DNA of 37,599 nucleotides from Catajapyx aquilonaris (GCA_000934665.2 KZ538212.1:62001-99599); one strand, 5' to 3'. Positions 24,077 to 36,792 are shown, counted from the stretch's first letter. Numbers and translations: made by a program. Notes: generated by a model from the letters alone, not told the origin.

Positions 24077-26529
24077 ATGAAGACTTCCTTTGACTCGATA
24101 CTCGAAGTGATTGGAGGATTCGGGAGGTGGCAGGGGACCATTATTGCGGCCACTTTCGCATCCGGGGTGATATTGTTGTTCAACATAATTTGTTACGTGT
24201 TCGATTCGGCTGCACCCAGAGAGTTCTGGTGCAAGTTAGAGGGACTGGAAGGGGTCAACTGGACAGAGGAACAGGTCAAGGCCATCACCATTCCTAGGTA
24301 TATTCCGCTTATTGACTCCGGACGGAAGTTGCTTCATGTATATAATAGAGAAAATATTGTTGCAGTTATGGGCAAGGAGAGCTGAGCCAGTGCTGGATGT
24401 ACGACCGAAATTACTCTGCATTGTCTCCCATGACATACGACGAAGCTTCTCTGGTTGTGGCCTCCGAAGAGCAACCCAGACATATTCCTTGCCGTGACTG
24501 GACATTCAAACACTCTAGGTTCATCTCGACTACTGCAACCGAAGTATATACTTGCCTAAAATGTATTAAAGTGATAATAGTGTGTAAGTATAGTGACTTA
24601 TTATGATATTTGTCCCCAGTGGGACTTGGTGTGCGAGAAGGAAGTTCTTCGTCCGACCATCCAGACCGTGGCCAATTTCGGAGTCTTGTGCTCTGGATTA
24701 GTTTCGGGATTACTTGCCGACAAGTACGTCCACAATTTTGGTCAATCAAGTTTAAAGCGTATTATATCGACGCGTAAATGCTATTACCCTCGGTGGCACA
24801 TTTCCGGCTTCAGCTAATGTAAACTGAAAATAGCAAATGGTACAGTACAATATGACCATATATGTATAAGTGTTTACAATATTCCGAAAGTACAGTAGTT
24901 CGCCGAATTCGTCGTGTATTTGCTGATTGTACTTGATTTTCTTTTATACAGATTTGGTCGCAAGAAAGTCATTCTTGGAATGTCGTTGGTGCTTATTCCC
25001 AGCATGTTCGGAACAGCTCTTTCGCCCAACTACTACCTGTATTTGCTTCTGCGATTCATCACTGGGTTCGCTTCTTACGGGATATATTCCAGCTGCTACG
25101 TTCTTGGTAATAATCTGATGTTCATCATGTGGATGAACTTTGTCAACTCTAATGCACGACACTCTCATGTCTTCTCTGACAGTTGCAGAAGTGGTTCACA
25201 CTCGTCGGCGGTCCACCGCCTGCCTCCTGTTCGACACTGGTGCTGCTGTCGGCTTTATCTTCACCTCCGGAGTTTCATACTGGCTGCGTGAATGGAGACA
25301 CTTACACTTGGTCGCAGCTGGAGTCAGCTGCTTGCTTCTCATCAGCTTCAGGTGAGCTCAATAGTGAATCGAGCAGTCCAGTGTACTGACAATACATTCA
25401 GGTTGGTACCGGAGTCTCCGAGGTGGTTGATCCTCAAAGGAAGAATGTCCGAAGCAGAAGAAGTCCTTCTCCGAGCAGCCAGGATGAACGGAAGGATACA
25501 GATGACCAACTCCGATGACCTGAGGACACTGATGGAGGACCTCAGGCAGTCATCGGTACGTGCCTTTCACATCTGAATTCAGACTCTCGCACGACTCTCT
25601 CTTGCAATAGGCGATTGGTGACCTGAATGACACGCGTGAAGGGAAGTGTCACAATCTGAAGCACGTGGCCGTCATTTTCCTGACTCCTGTGATGAGGGCC
25701 ATGAGCCTGAACCTCTTTTGGCTTTGGTTCGTTATTGGGTTGGCCGGACACTGCTTGCTCCTGATTGGTGCTCGTCTTCCTGCTGGTCCACATCTGGTCA
25801 TCTTCATCTTCGGTTGCGAGAAGCTTCTGGTCCGCTTCCTGGTCATCTGGCTCATTGTTCGAATCGGAAGGCGTCGGCTCGTGGCCTATTCCTTTCTGAC
25901 AATATCCGTCTTCCTTGTCTCCTTTCTCCTCGCTAATACAGGTATTTGAGCTCTATATTTATTCAAATTAACAGCCAGCCATCTGCCATAAGTTAACGCC
26001 CAGCACTTACGATAGGAACCAACAGTCTTTATGACAGATCTGGACTACGTGACAGTGGGCTTGCTTCTCGCTGCCAGGGTAGGAGACGACATCAACTTTG
26101 CTGCCATTTACATCTACACAGGGGAGCTCTATCCCACTGAGGTCAGAGGTCACGGCATCACGACAGGTGCTTTCAGTTCACGGATAGCAGCGATGCTCTC
26201 TCCTTTTCTTGTGGATCATATGGCAAGTTGTTTAGCATTCGTCTCTGTAATTATCGGCAATGTAGCTAGTAAACGATGCAATATCTTGTAAGCCGGGGAA
26301 TACAACTACAGGTGACCTAACCACTAATTTTCTTCAGCCGTCCGGCTATGGATACGTGCCAGGGGTGGTGCTGACAGTGTGCAGCTTTTTGGCTGGACTC
26401 ACCACATTGTTGCTGCCCGAAACCAGAGGTCGAGTGCTGACAGAGACTGTGCAACAATTGGAGCAACAATGCAGAGGCAACGAGCGTGGTCTTAAAAATG
26501 TAATCAGTCTCAGGCAACCTGATCTGTAG
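24077..26529 (+). CDS. SLC22-family transporter gene, copy 2 (tandem paralogue); 9 coding exons, ~562 aa
   Basis: Exons 24077-24297, 24366-24543, 24620-24723, 24952-25106, 25183-25351, 25402-25555, 25611-25941, 26038-26222, 26338-26529 (1689 nt including TAG). Same motifs (WDLVC, LADKFGRKK, PESPRWL, ELYPTEVR, LPETRG) and same intron positions and phases as copy 1. Confidence 0.93.
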
Positions 26530-26615
26530 ACATGGACCTTACATTGAAAGAGATCAAGCTGACCTTTTCGCACCTTCAACAATCCGACACTTATAGGAAA
26601 TGTAACCGAATTGGG

Positions 26616-26621
26616 AATAAA
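26616..26621 (+). terminator. Probable polyadenylation signal of SLC22 copy 2
   Basis: AATAAA about 90 nt after the TAG stop at 26527-26529. Confidence 0.5.
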
Positions 26622-27294
26622 ATATACCCAGTCTATACCATCAAATAAGAAATCCATTGATAGTATTCGCATCAAACGGAAATAAGACGCAATGCATGGT
26701 ATATGCACGCTGTATAACTATAGGCTAATACAGTTCCTTTGGACCGGATTTCCTGGAGATTTCCGAACTCGTATTCCGAAGGTCGCTTAAAAAAAAAAAC
26801 CAAGTGTGTGCGTGGGTGTGCTTGTCTAAAAAGACAGGAGATTCCCTGTTCCTCAGAGTGAGGACACTAATAATTTTGCCTTTTTTCATTGTTGGGTCGA
26901 ATGTTGCGACAACCTGCCGCCGGGTGGGACTCTGGCAGTTTGCGCGTTACTTTTTTAAAAAAAAGGTTAATAATAATAACTTCCCGTTGTCCCAACTGAC
27001 CAACTGACCCAGTTTGCCCGGCAGCCTTACCATGAAGTGTTTCCTTACGCAATGTGTGACAGGTGATCAATCCTCACCTTCGTTTCAAGTAAGTCCTGAC
27101 CGTTAACTTTTTGTTGTTTTTTTCTGGTGAAGGAAAAAAAAATCACTGCTTTTTCGCTTTTAAGACACCTGGTGTCTCTGCAGTGACTGAGGTAGCAGTT
27201 ACATTCAATAACGAGTAAGTGCGTCCTTGCCTTTTCCAGCCACCCGAATGCGGCCATGGGTAGAACAGGTGAGCAGCGACGAGCGTAACCGTCC

Positions 27295-27296
<2 letters not shown>

Positions 27297-27332
<36 letters not shown>

Positions 27333-27377
27333 TAATAATGATAATAATAATGATAATAATAATAATAATAATAATAA
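27297..27377. repeat. (AAT)n microsatellite with occasional GAT units
   Basis: Direct reading; it explains the poly-Ile ORF at 27227. Confidence 0.95.
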
Positions 27378-27699
27378 GCTACAGTATTTCCAATTCGGTA
27401 TTGTGTGATGGAGACGTGATTTTAGAGGTCAATGGAATTAAGTGAGGATGAGACACACGATTTTAATTATTCACCATTTGCGCGATTGCGCGTCCAATCA
27501 AATGACAACCTTTTCCGCGCACGTTCGTCTGGGCAGTATTGACGTACCGTACATATAAATGCAATAAGTATAATTATTGGCCAAGGAATCAAGGTCAGGA
27601 AGACAAGTTGGTCTCGATTTGGATTTTGGGTAAGGACGAAGGTCACTCCAGGCAGGAAAAAGGGTCACTTGTTGACAGACACGCGCCAGAGAGGGCAGG

Positions 27700-30600
27700 T
27701 ATATAAACACGTGACCCCATTTGACATGCATAACCACATCCAATCAAATTCGCCTTCCAACTACCTACCCACCCCCTCGGATGATAAGAACGAACTTGGA
27801 CAGCTTCTCCTCTGCCACAGTCTCTCGGCTTCCTTTGACCTGAACACTTGGCAGAAGAGGAGGATTATTGGACAGGGAAGAAGGGAGCTTCATTCACACA
27901 GCTCGTATCATATGTTACGAAGGATTTCACGAAGGATTTTTACGAGTTGTTTTACGAGTGATTCATTTGACGAATGGTGGTGTTCGCCCTGGGGCCAGTG
28001 TGGATCATTGTAGTGCCGTGTGGTGATGGTGACGTGTGGTTTGGGTGTCTCATGTGGTGTTTGGTGAATACTATAATCAATAAGGTTTGCAAACCTGCCC
28101 CATTTTGCCCCCCCCCCCCCCTTTTGNCCCTTTTGCTCCCCTTTTCGATGACGGTCTAATTTTCCCTTCCAATTGTTATCAGTTGCAGGATGAGGGCAGG
28201 AAAGGACTTGGTTTAGGCCTGCTTGATTATTGTTGGAGATTTGAAGGGAATTATGCGAACGTGGTTTTTGCAGTTTGATCTAGTGCCGATCAATTTCAGG
28301 TGGATGGCCGCATTGGATTGATGCGTCATGGACAGCACCTGAACCTGATACTTGCATTGCAGATATCTCTGTAATAATTGGCAATTTATTTTAATGGAAG
28401 TGGACGGTGGGGGAGGGAAGGGTCATTGCGCCATCCCCACCTCGTGTCCAGTCTGGATCGAGATGCTTGCCTGGGATCCAGCCATGGCAACAGTGGCTCT
28501 TCAGGTAAGCTAGTGACATGCACACACGTTCTTAGGACAATTGACGGGTTATCAAAGTGCATTGGTGCCTCTACCATCTGACATTGGCGTAAGATTTGGA
28601 AATGGTACATTTTACATGTGAAAAATCTGATGAAATTGAATTGTAGTTAATTTCTAGTTTCATCTTTCATGGATGAGTGAAATGATCTTGTTTTTGGGAG
28701 ACGCTTGCAGTCTTAGTCAAGTGTTCAAAATTTTTTGGACAGCATGAATACATTGCATTTCCATATGACATTTACAATTTCTGCAATTGATGTAATGAAG
28801 TAATTGCTGCATTCAATAATTAAGGGCTTGAGTTTGATTTACCACCGTTTTATTAAATTTTTCTCCATTGTATAATTGAATGTTGCTCTCATTTACAACA
28901 AGGTGAATGTACTCGCCTTTAGTTATTGTGGTTTGGCACATTACATTTTACTAATTGTGTTCCTTTTTGCATATGGTTGCGCAATTACATGTGGGATGTT
29001 GATGGTGCGACTCTTCTCCGCCAACGTGCTGCTGCCTTCGTGGGAGCCTGCCCTTGAGACCTCTTTCAAGCAATCAGCACTGGCACTCGGGAACACCTGC
29101 TGAGGTCATGAGTCTTTCTTCAGGCCATCCAAAATCACAATGTTCTTCGGACACTACAAAGGAGATCGGGTGAGCAAAAGTCACATTTATAAGCATAGCC
29201 AGAGATAATTAGGAACTTGCATGATGATTCATAATAATTGCAACAATGGGTGGATATGTGTTTTAAAATCCCCTTGCCTACTAATCTAATTGCTTTCAAT
29301 GAGTATGGCAAGGACATCACATGCCTCTGGAGGGGTCACTGTTATTGCTGACAGCATCATTCTCAGTTGGAAGCAGTCGTGGTGAACCTGGGCAACATCA
29401 TGAAGAACCTTCAAGAATGGGACCATGCGTGGATGAGAAACCAGAACCGACAGCCCACAGCAGGGCGATGAGCCTTCCTTCTCCCCATTCCCAGCACCTG
29501 TGCACAATAAGGAGATGGTATGCCACTAACATGCAGGAGACTAATGTTGTTGGAATGCTACTTATTCCTAGTTGTCTAATGTGGGTTACTGCGTTGTTAC
29601 CGGTTCTTCTAATGGTGGTGGCCGTGACAATCCATAGTTAACTTGCGTTGCTGGATTGTCTGCGAGTTAATCTGATTGATGCTGCACCCATTTTGGCCAG
29701 TTTCAGATCCCTCTGTGAAAGGCATGCACTTGATCCCTCTTATGCATCCGCCCCATCTCCTAAAACTACAGTAAGTGACAGGGACTATTGCAACTTGGAC
29801 TTTTCTCATATTAAATGTTTGTTTTCTCACTGCACTTGCCTCATCTGGCATTTCTGTCAAGAGTCAAGAGCTGGGAAAGGTCTTCCTCATTTGTTTCTTG
29901 ATCCTAAGCTGGATTGTGATGCCAGTTTGTGTATGAGCGGCTGGAGACAAGTTGGATCGTAGCAAAGGCTGTGATCTACACAGAGCAAGCCGGAGATTTG
30001 CCAGGACGGAAGATTGCGTGGTATCTATAGCTACGTTGGGAATTTATCTACATTGTGTTAGTAAATGGAATGAAGAAGTGGCAGGCCGAGGGTTTATTAA
30101 TTGTGGTTTTTTTCAGGAATGAAGAGTGGCAGACACTGTCATCATTGGATGGCCATGGTGCCACCGTAGACGGGACCGTTGCCTACTAGGAAGAAGGGAG
30201 ACAGCCGTCACTATTAGCAGCCCAAGTTACCCGATGGTGCGCAATGGACAGACGTGTCGCCGGTGCTAACCATATCTGGTGGTCTTGTTGGAGGCGAGGC
30301 AGGACTGATGTGTGTTGATGGAGACTGCACTTGATGGGACCCTCCAGCATCGATGGCTACTGCAGCATATGGGACACCAAAGGGGTATGACAGCAACGGG
30401 GCCAGCCATCTCGACTTACAGTGAGCAGTGTCTTCTGAACGGACTGCAACTATTGTCAAAATGCACAGGATGGTCGCTTGCCCTGCGTCTGAAGAGGCAG
30501 CAAGTGGGTGTTCCCCAGGTTAAGGGCCCAATCAGCATTCATCGTGGACTTCCAACCGCGTCACTCCTGCGGTGACCATGACGTGGCCTCCAGCTGGACA

Positions 30601-33600
30601 CAAGCCTTCACGTATTCAACTACATCAATTGAAATGGACTCCACAGGGAAGGACTCTGCTGTAGATGGAAATAGTGTACAGCTTCCAGCTCAGGTTTTTC
30701 TTCCCCCTGTGGCAATCATGCTAATATCCACTAATTTTGTTTCAATCTTATGGTGCCTAGTATTTCAGTTGTTGCCCACCACCACAACATGGCAACCCTA
30801 GATGACAGCCACTGGAGGCCTCATCGTATTGCATATCAATGTCAGTCAAATAGGGTAGAGTGGCCACTTTCAATGTTTTGGTGTATGTTGGGTGTTGGAA
30901 TGTGTGGTTGTCACTAACTATTGTTGCACCAATATCTTGAAATATTTTAAATGGCCACATGAGTGATTCATAAGTATGATCTAATTCATTTGTTCAGAGT
31001 CGTTTTAGGTCGCTCCTTGGTAAAAGGATCATCAGCTGGACATGAGTGAATAAGGACACAGTACAACACATAGTAAATATTTAATGTATATAATTTTTCA
31101 TATCATTCCAAGAACATTTCTTTCAGGGATGAGGTGACGGGAATGTCAGCTGCCAACCTGACGAGTTACAACACGATGGCAACCCCCTCTTCAGAAGTAC
31201 ACATCTTGGCAAGTACATCAAGTTGTCTGTGATTGATAGCATCGGCTGCCCTGCTGTGCGCGTCAGAGGTAGGCAGCTCTTGGTGGCATCCATCTACGTC
31301 TTGGACTAAGCTGGTGATGCGGTGTCCCTCTGCCCAGTGACCTCCCATGTAAACAGTGAATCCAACCTGTCTGTTTTTAGATTATGTTATAAGATTCATG
31401 GTCCATCCATCGGACGTGAGGAGGCTGCTGCAGATAAGGGAATGCAGTTGGAGGCAGCAACAGAGACAGCCATCCGAAATATCTGAAGCTTCAGCCAGCC
31501 AGGGGATAATATGGAGAGAATGTGGTTGGCGACTTGTGATCTAATTTGGGATTAATGGGACTTGACTTTCAGATTCCTTATCCAAGGATGTGTGGCTTCA
31601 CTTCAGGCTCGTTCAGATGGAGGAATGTCAACTGGCATAAGAGCATTACAACTAGTTCACTACTGAATCTAATGTGACGTACTGCCCTTGGGTCATCACA
31701 CAGCTATAGAAGGATCACCTCCAGGAGTCTCGTCACTCTTGTCATCATTCCATACGTAGTTATATTTGTATAAATTACTTTATTCTACAGGATCATCTGC
31801 TCACTGGTTGTCACATTATTTGATGCATTGATTCCTCGGTTATAGTGTATTCCATAAATCCTTGTTGCAATGCTACCTCAATTTCGCAGAGGTAACACCA
31901 CGGACAATGTTTCAATATAGTTCTTTGGTCGAAGATGATCAAGTGACCAAGTTACATGTTTTCCTGTAGGTAGGCCTATGTGTGTATGTATGTATGTGGT
32001 TGTGACTAACTATACATGCACTATTGTTGCACCAATATTTTTGAATATTTGTAATGACCATGTCTGACAAGTGAGTGATCCATATGATCTAATGCGTATG
32101 TTCGGAGCCGTTTTAGGCGACTGCTTGGTTGAACGGACCATCAGCTCTGATGTCACACACCTTGTGGACTCCAGGTTGAAGGCTGCAATACATAACAGCA
32201 TGGAATATTAGTAAATATTTAATGTACTGTACAAGATTTTTCCATCTAGGGTCTTGCTGAAGGGGATCGCTATTTAACCAGCTCAATGGACTGGCTGGTA
32301 CGAAGCAGAGCAGGAGCTGTGGTTACCAGCCCATTTCACACCTGACGTGTGTCCCGTACATGATGTTCTCGTGAGCTTGTGATCAACCTCGCAGACACAA
32401 CAGCATGAGTAAGCCATGATGTCGCCAGAGTGTGATGGAGGCAGCTCAGGGTTTTCTTCTGCCGAAATAATTTGTTTCAGGTATATCAATATGGCAGCTC
32501 AGATGTTGGCTATGGACCAGGACTGCTACACGGCAACCCTCTCTCCAGGCAAAGGAAAACTTTGGGAGAAGGCAAGGATTTCCAGTCTGGCGACCTCTGC
32601 TGCTAATATGTGCAAATGAAAAGGTCAAGTGATTGGTGTTGCCACATTTCCCCAGTTATGTGCAGTGTTGCATGTAGGCCTAATGTTATGTACTGCTAAC
32701 TTGAATGCTTGGCTTGAATGCAACTTGGCTGATGGGATTTCGACGTGGTATGTCCATTTCGAGTTCTGGGACTTTGCGTTAACATCCTTGATTCAGTTGA
32801 TTGGGAATGCTGATTCAAATGACTGTTGTCTACAATACTAATAAAGTGTGTGTAATAAGTGTGTGTTTCAGGAATGAATAGTGACAGGAATATTCATCTT
32901 CGCAGGAAGATGCTGCCAACACTGGACCTGATGAAGGACAAGATAAATGCGATGCCCAACAGTCATCATCCCTCCCGAACTCCACCATAGGCGGTGGAAA
33001 CAGCTGGAAGCAAATTGCCAGGGCGGACATACAATGCTGGAAATGCGACGAGGTATTTACGTACATTTTTTTTCCTGTAGTTCAGACATTATCTTTTTCT
33101 CTCCTCTGTGGGAAATGAAAGTGTGGGATTATGTGACGTGGCTTGAGACCCATCCATATTCTCAGGAGTTGGGCAAGATGTGCAGCACTTGAAGACGTAG
33201 GAGCGATCTCCGGCCTTTTGTCATCGTTGGATATTCTGGTCAGCCACGAGATGAAGAGGACCAAGCACTTCACATCTGGAGGACAAGAATGCTGCCAATG
33301 TTTGACCTAATTAGGGTCTGTAAATGATGATGGCCCATAAACATCCCATCACATCCCATCATCTCCCACTTCCCAGCACAGTACATTGTGTCACTAACAC
33401 GGGATTTAATAACTTGCATGTTTTAACCGGTTTTAACATATTGAGCTGCACTTGCACTTCTCTTTCAGGACCTCTTCAGGCATCCTATAGTACCCTGCCA
33501 ATGCTGTAAGAAATGTAGGGAATATTTGGACTGTTTTCAGGCTATTCCTTCTGGGAATGTCACTTGCGTATGGAAATATGGATTGTTGCTGCGAATCAGC

Positions 33601-33619
33601 TTCTCCTGTTTGTAATAAA
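27700..33619 (+). ncRNA. Candidate multi-exon non-coding transcription unit
   Basis: TATATAAA at 27700; recurrent pyrimidine-rich CAG acceptors on the + strand (ending 28188, 28299, 29706, 30116, 31126, 31572, 31790, 32480, 32871, 33468, 33540); GTAAG donors (28505, 28589, 29771, 33506); AATAAA at 33614; no long ORF in the track. Confidence 0.35.
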
Positions 33620-33964
33620 TTAGTGAAATATACCATTACTACCTTTGTAAGTGGCAAATGATGTCTTCGTTGATTCATTGGTTTCTAGTGGTGGCAACAA
33701 TGGCAATGCCACAAGTGAATACCAGTGAATGTGCTCTTTCCAATAGCCTATGCATCATCTTCATTTTGATATGCATTATTGTACTGTAATAATTATGTGA
33801 AATGTAATGTAAAAAAAAGGAATGGCAGGTGCACTTTTAAAATTGAAATTTGTCTGATTTTGAGCTTTCCAGTCGTTTGAATTGCATGTGATGCGATGAT
33901 AAAAGTGCATCATTATTATTTTGTTGGCATGGTCGCCCATAATTTTTGAATATTGATTCATATA

Positions 33965-34174
33965 CAGAGTGTCCCAACTTTTTTGTCCAAAGAGTTATCG
34001 GAAATATTGCACTATAAGCTGCTGCTATGTAAGCAGTGACTTGCAACTGGTTTGTCGGAGGAATGGGGAACACTCACTGTGAACCTTAGGTTGAATTGAC
34101 ATACACTGCTTACAAAGTAGCAGCTTAGTGCAGTATTTCTGATAACTGTTTGGACGAAAAGTTTAGACACCCTG
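33965..34174. mobile_element. Diverged Tc1/mariner-type MITE (210 bp)
   Basis: TA|cagagtgtcccaacttttttgtccaaagagttatcggaaatattgcacta... versus ...tagtgcagtatttctgataactgtttggacgaaaagtttagacaccctg|TA; imperfect arms of ~70 bp. Confidence 0.8.
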
Positions 34175-35954
34175 TATAGTATGGGTGTGGGAGCACCTTC
34201 AATATTGCCTGTGTTAGTGGTTAAGAAGCAATGAAGTTGGAGTCCCTTTTGCAGAATGATCCCTGCTGCGATGAGGACTTGTTCTGGGTGCGGGAATGAA
34301 GGCCGACCTGTGGCCATCTCTCCATATCCAGTGCGGCACCACTGGATGTTGGACGCAGGCCATGTCTGTGCGCTTCCAAGACTGGCAAATGGAAAATGGT
34401 ATGGAGCCTGAGGGTGCAATGTAATATAATTTAAATTCTTAAATTTAGACAATCCTGTTTCAGAAGAAATGTCACTTTTAATCAGTGACTTTAATGGTAG
34501 GCTCAGGCGACATCACTTGAACATATTTAGGGTCTGAAAAGTTGTCTGCATTAGACTGAGCAAAGAAAAATATTTCCTCGTGTTTCATATTTATGGAAAC
34601 AAACGAAGAGCTTACATGCAAAAGGGGTCTTATCCATATTTTGAAATTTTCAGTATTCATGAAAAACCTGTACAGGCCAAACCAAATCGCCTAGCAAAGC
34701 TGCATTGATTTGTAAATATAGCAAACAAATACGTCAATCGAAATTGATAATCACCTTCCCTGAAAGGTGGTTACCTGAGCAGATAATCCGCTTTAAGTTA
34801 TGGATATGTATCCATTTGCTTGAAAATGCGGATATGTCCCCATATGCCTAAAAATGAAAGTATTCGAGGTGATAGAATCCTCTAGTTCAAAATGCCCAAG
34901 TGCACTGACGAATGTTAAACAGTAAACAAAAACTACCTCAACTTCTGGTTTAATTTCACAGGTACACCATTGAGTGTGAAAAGGTAATTAATACCAACCT
35001 TAGACTGTTGTGTTATATCTTTTAAAAACACTTTAGGTTTGAAAACTGTGTCAAAAATGATATTGAGAAGTGCTCATTTTAAATCTGAATCAGTCATTTC
35101 AGTCCAAAGATAAACATAAGCAAGCTTCATACAGTATATCACGAAGCGGAAATAACCGTTAATAGCATGAAACATATACTCTCTTGAATAATGGAGATTT
35201 ATGTGGAGCCTTAGAACAAGGAAATTTGCGCACCACACATATTGGCGGGATAACAATGTTAACTTTAACCTATCCCTAAATTCTCTAATTTTTATTAGCA
35301 ATTTAAAATTAACAATTTCAGCTTTCAGATAGCACCCTCATATTAATCTTATCCCATAAAAATAATTTTAAAGTGTGACCTGGATGCATACTATCACATG
35401 GCATTAGCCAAAGGTATTATTTTTAATGGGAAATGTTCGCAGAATTGACTGTGGGAAGCAGGTTAACAACAACGGCAAACAATGAAAAGTATTTGCAATT
35501 AAATATCAAGATTGTGGTCTTAACAACCTTTGTACGTTGCTTGCATTTAGTTTTATCTGGTAAAACGACCCGAGTGGATTTTGATTTTAAAAATGATTAT
35601 TGATGTTTACATGTGAAAAAGCAAGTGTCAGACTTTCCTGCAACACAGAAAAAAAAAGAGCATTTAGGTCAAAACCGGGACATTCCAAATATCACATACT
35701 GTAGTTCATATATTTACATCCTCGCAATGTACCTTATTGGCAACAAGAAAATATGACCAATCATTTTAATACGAGATTGGGAAAATGTTACACATTAGAG
35801 TTTCCGTGCATCATACGTATATGTAACTTTAAATTAAATATTTAATTACTCTGCGGCCCTTTTCAAGAGCACAAAAACAGCACTTGCATTAGGACTATGT
35901 ATCAATGACCGACTCTTTAATACATTCCCTACCATAAACAGCAGTCCAATGTAG

Positions 35955-36042
35955 ATATGGCAATAAATTTTAATAGCGAATTCTATGTGGATAATTCTGA
36001 CATTATCCACATAGAATTCGCTATTAAAATTTATTGCCATAT
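35955..36042. repeat. Perfect 41-bp inverted repeat with 6-nt loop
   Basis: atatggcaataaattttaatagcgaattctatgtggataat-tctgac-attatccacatagaattcgctattaaaatttattgccatat. Confidence 0.9.
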
Positions 36043-36792
36043 TATATGACCTCAAATATCTCCTCGTGGGGCTCGATTGAGCTAGGATAACATGTTTCCA
36101 TCACTTACTGCGGCATCTTTTCATGTACGTTAGAGTAATGACATGAAACATTCATGAATCCTGAATAACTATACTGGATACAAAGGTTCATTTAAACCTT
36201 TTGTGCTTTAACAGGATTTCCCACATGATCTCGCGAATAACTTGCAATGATATTTCGTTTTGCATTATCGTAATGCGGCTCCTCGCGCGTCATCTCCAAA
36301 CAACGTGCCAACATGTTATAATTATTGGAATTACCACTTTTACTTATCAATTGGCAATACCGGTACCGCTTCCTTGTTACATTTACAGACATCCGTTTAA
36401 AAAAAATTGTACAAATATTTTTCCGCTCATTTTAAATCGTACAGCAGCCCCCTGCACACCGCCGAGCCGGATCTTTATCGCTAGTAGTCTTGTGGTCGCC
36501 TGTGTGGAGATAGAAGGGAGAGGAATTACTTACCTTTTCTTTTTACACGATGCAGCTGGCCAGGGGGCCAAGGCGACCACGGGGTCTAGATCCACCTACC
36601 TTTTGATCACGATGAAGACGCGCTACCGACTCCGCCAAGAGGCGGGTACGAAATTTCTATGTTTGAAACTCATACTTGTTCCTCCTCACCTCCCCCGACC
36701 CCCCCGACTCACTCACCTCCCCGGCCCTCCCCGAGTGCCAACCGGGCCTTGTAGGAATGAGTACTAGTTTCAAGCGCTGGTTATTCGTGGAT

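Noticed and set aside
21377..24079. The two start codons are exactly 2700 bp apart
   Set aside because: Intron lengths differ between the copies, so the round number is a coincidence.
27227..27445. Poly-isoleucine ORF
   Set aside because: Artefact of the (AAT)n microsatellite.
28095..28146. C-rich ccccttttg repeats with G-quadruplex potential
   Set aside because: Contains an ambiguous base (N at 28127) and a long homopolymer; similar tracts are common throughout the window.
34012..34452. 146-aa minus-strand ORF with an acceptor-like site near 34408
   Set aside because: It runs into a MITE and none of the three frames resembles a known protein.
36481..36589. 10-bp inverted repeat gtggtcgcct/aggcgaccac
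   Set aside because: Too short to separate from chance without copy-number evidence.
36201..36767. 188-aa ORF, the longest in the track
   Set aside because: Starts at a non-ATG codon, has no domain signature, and crosses AT-rich and C-rich non-coding-looking sequence.
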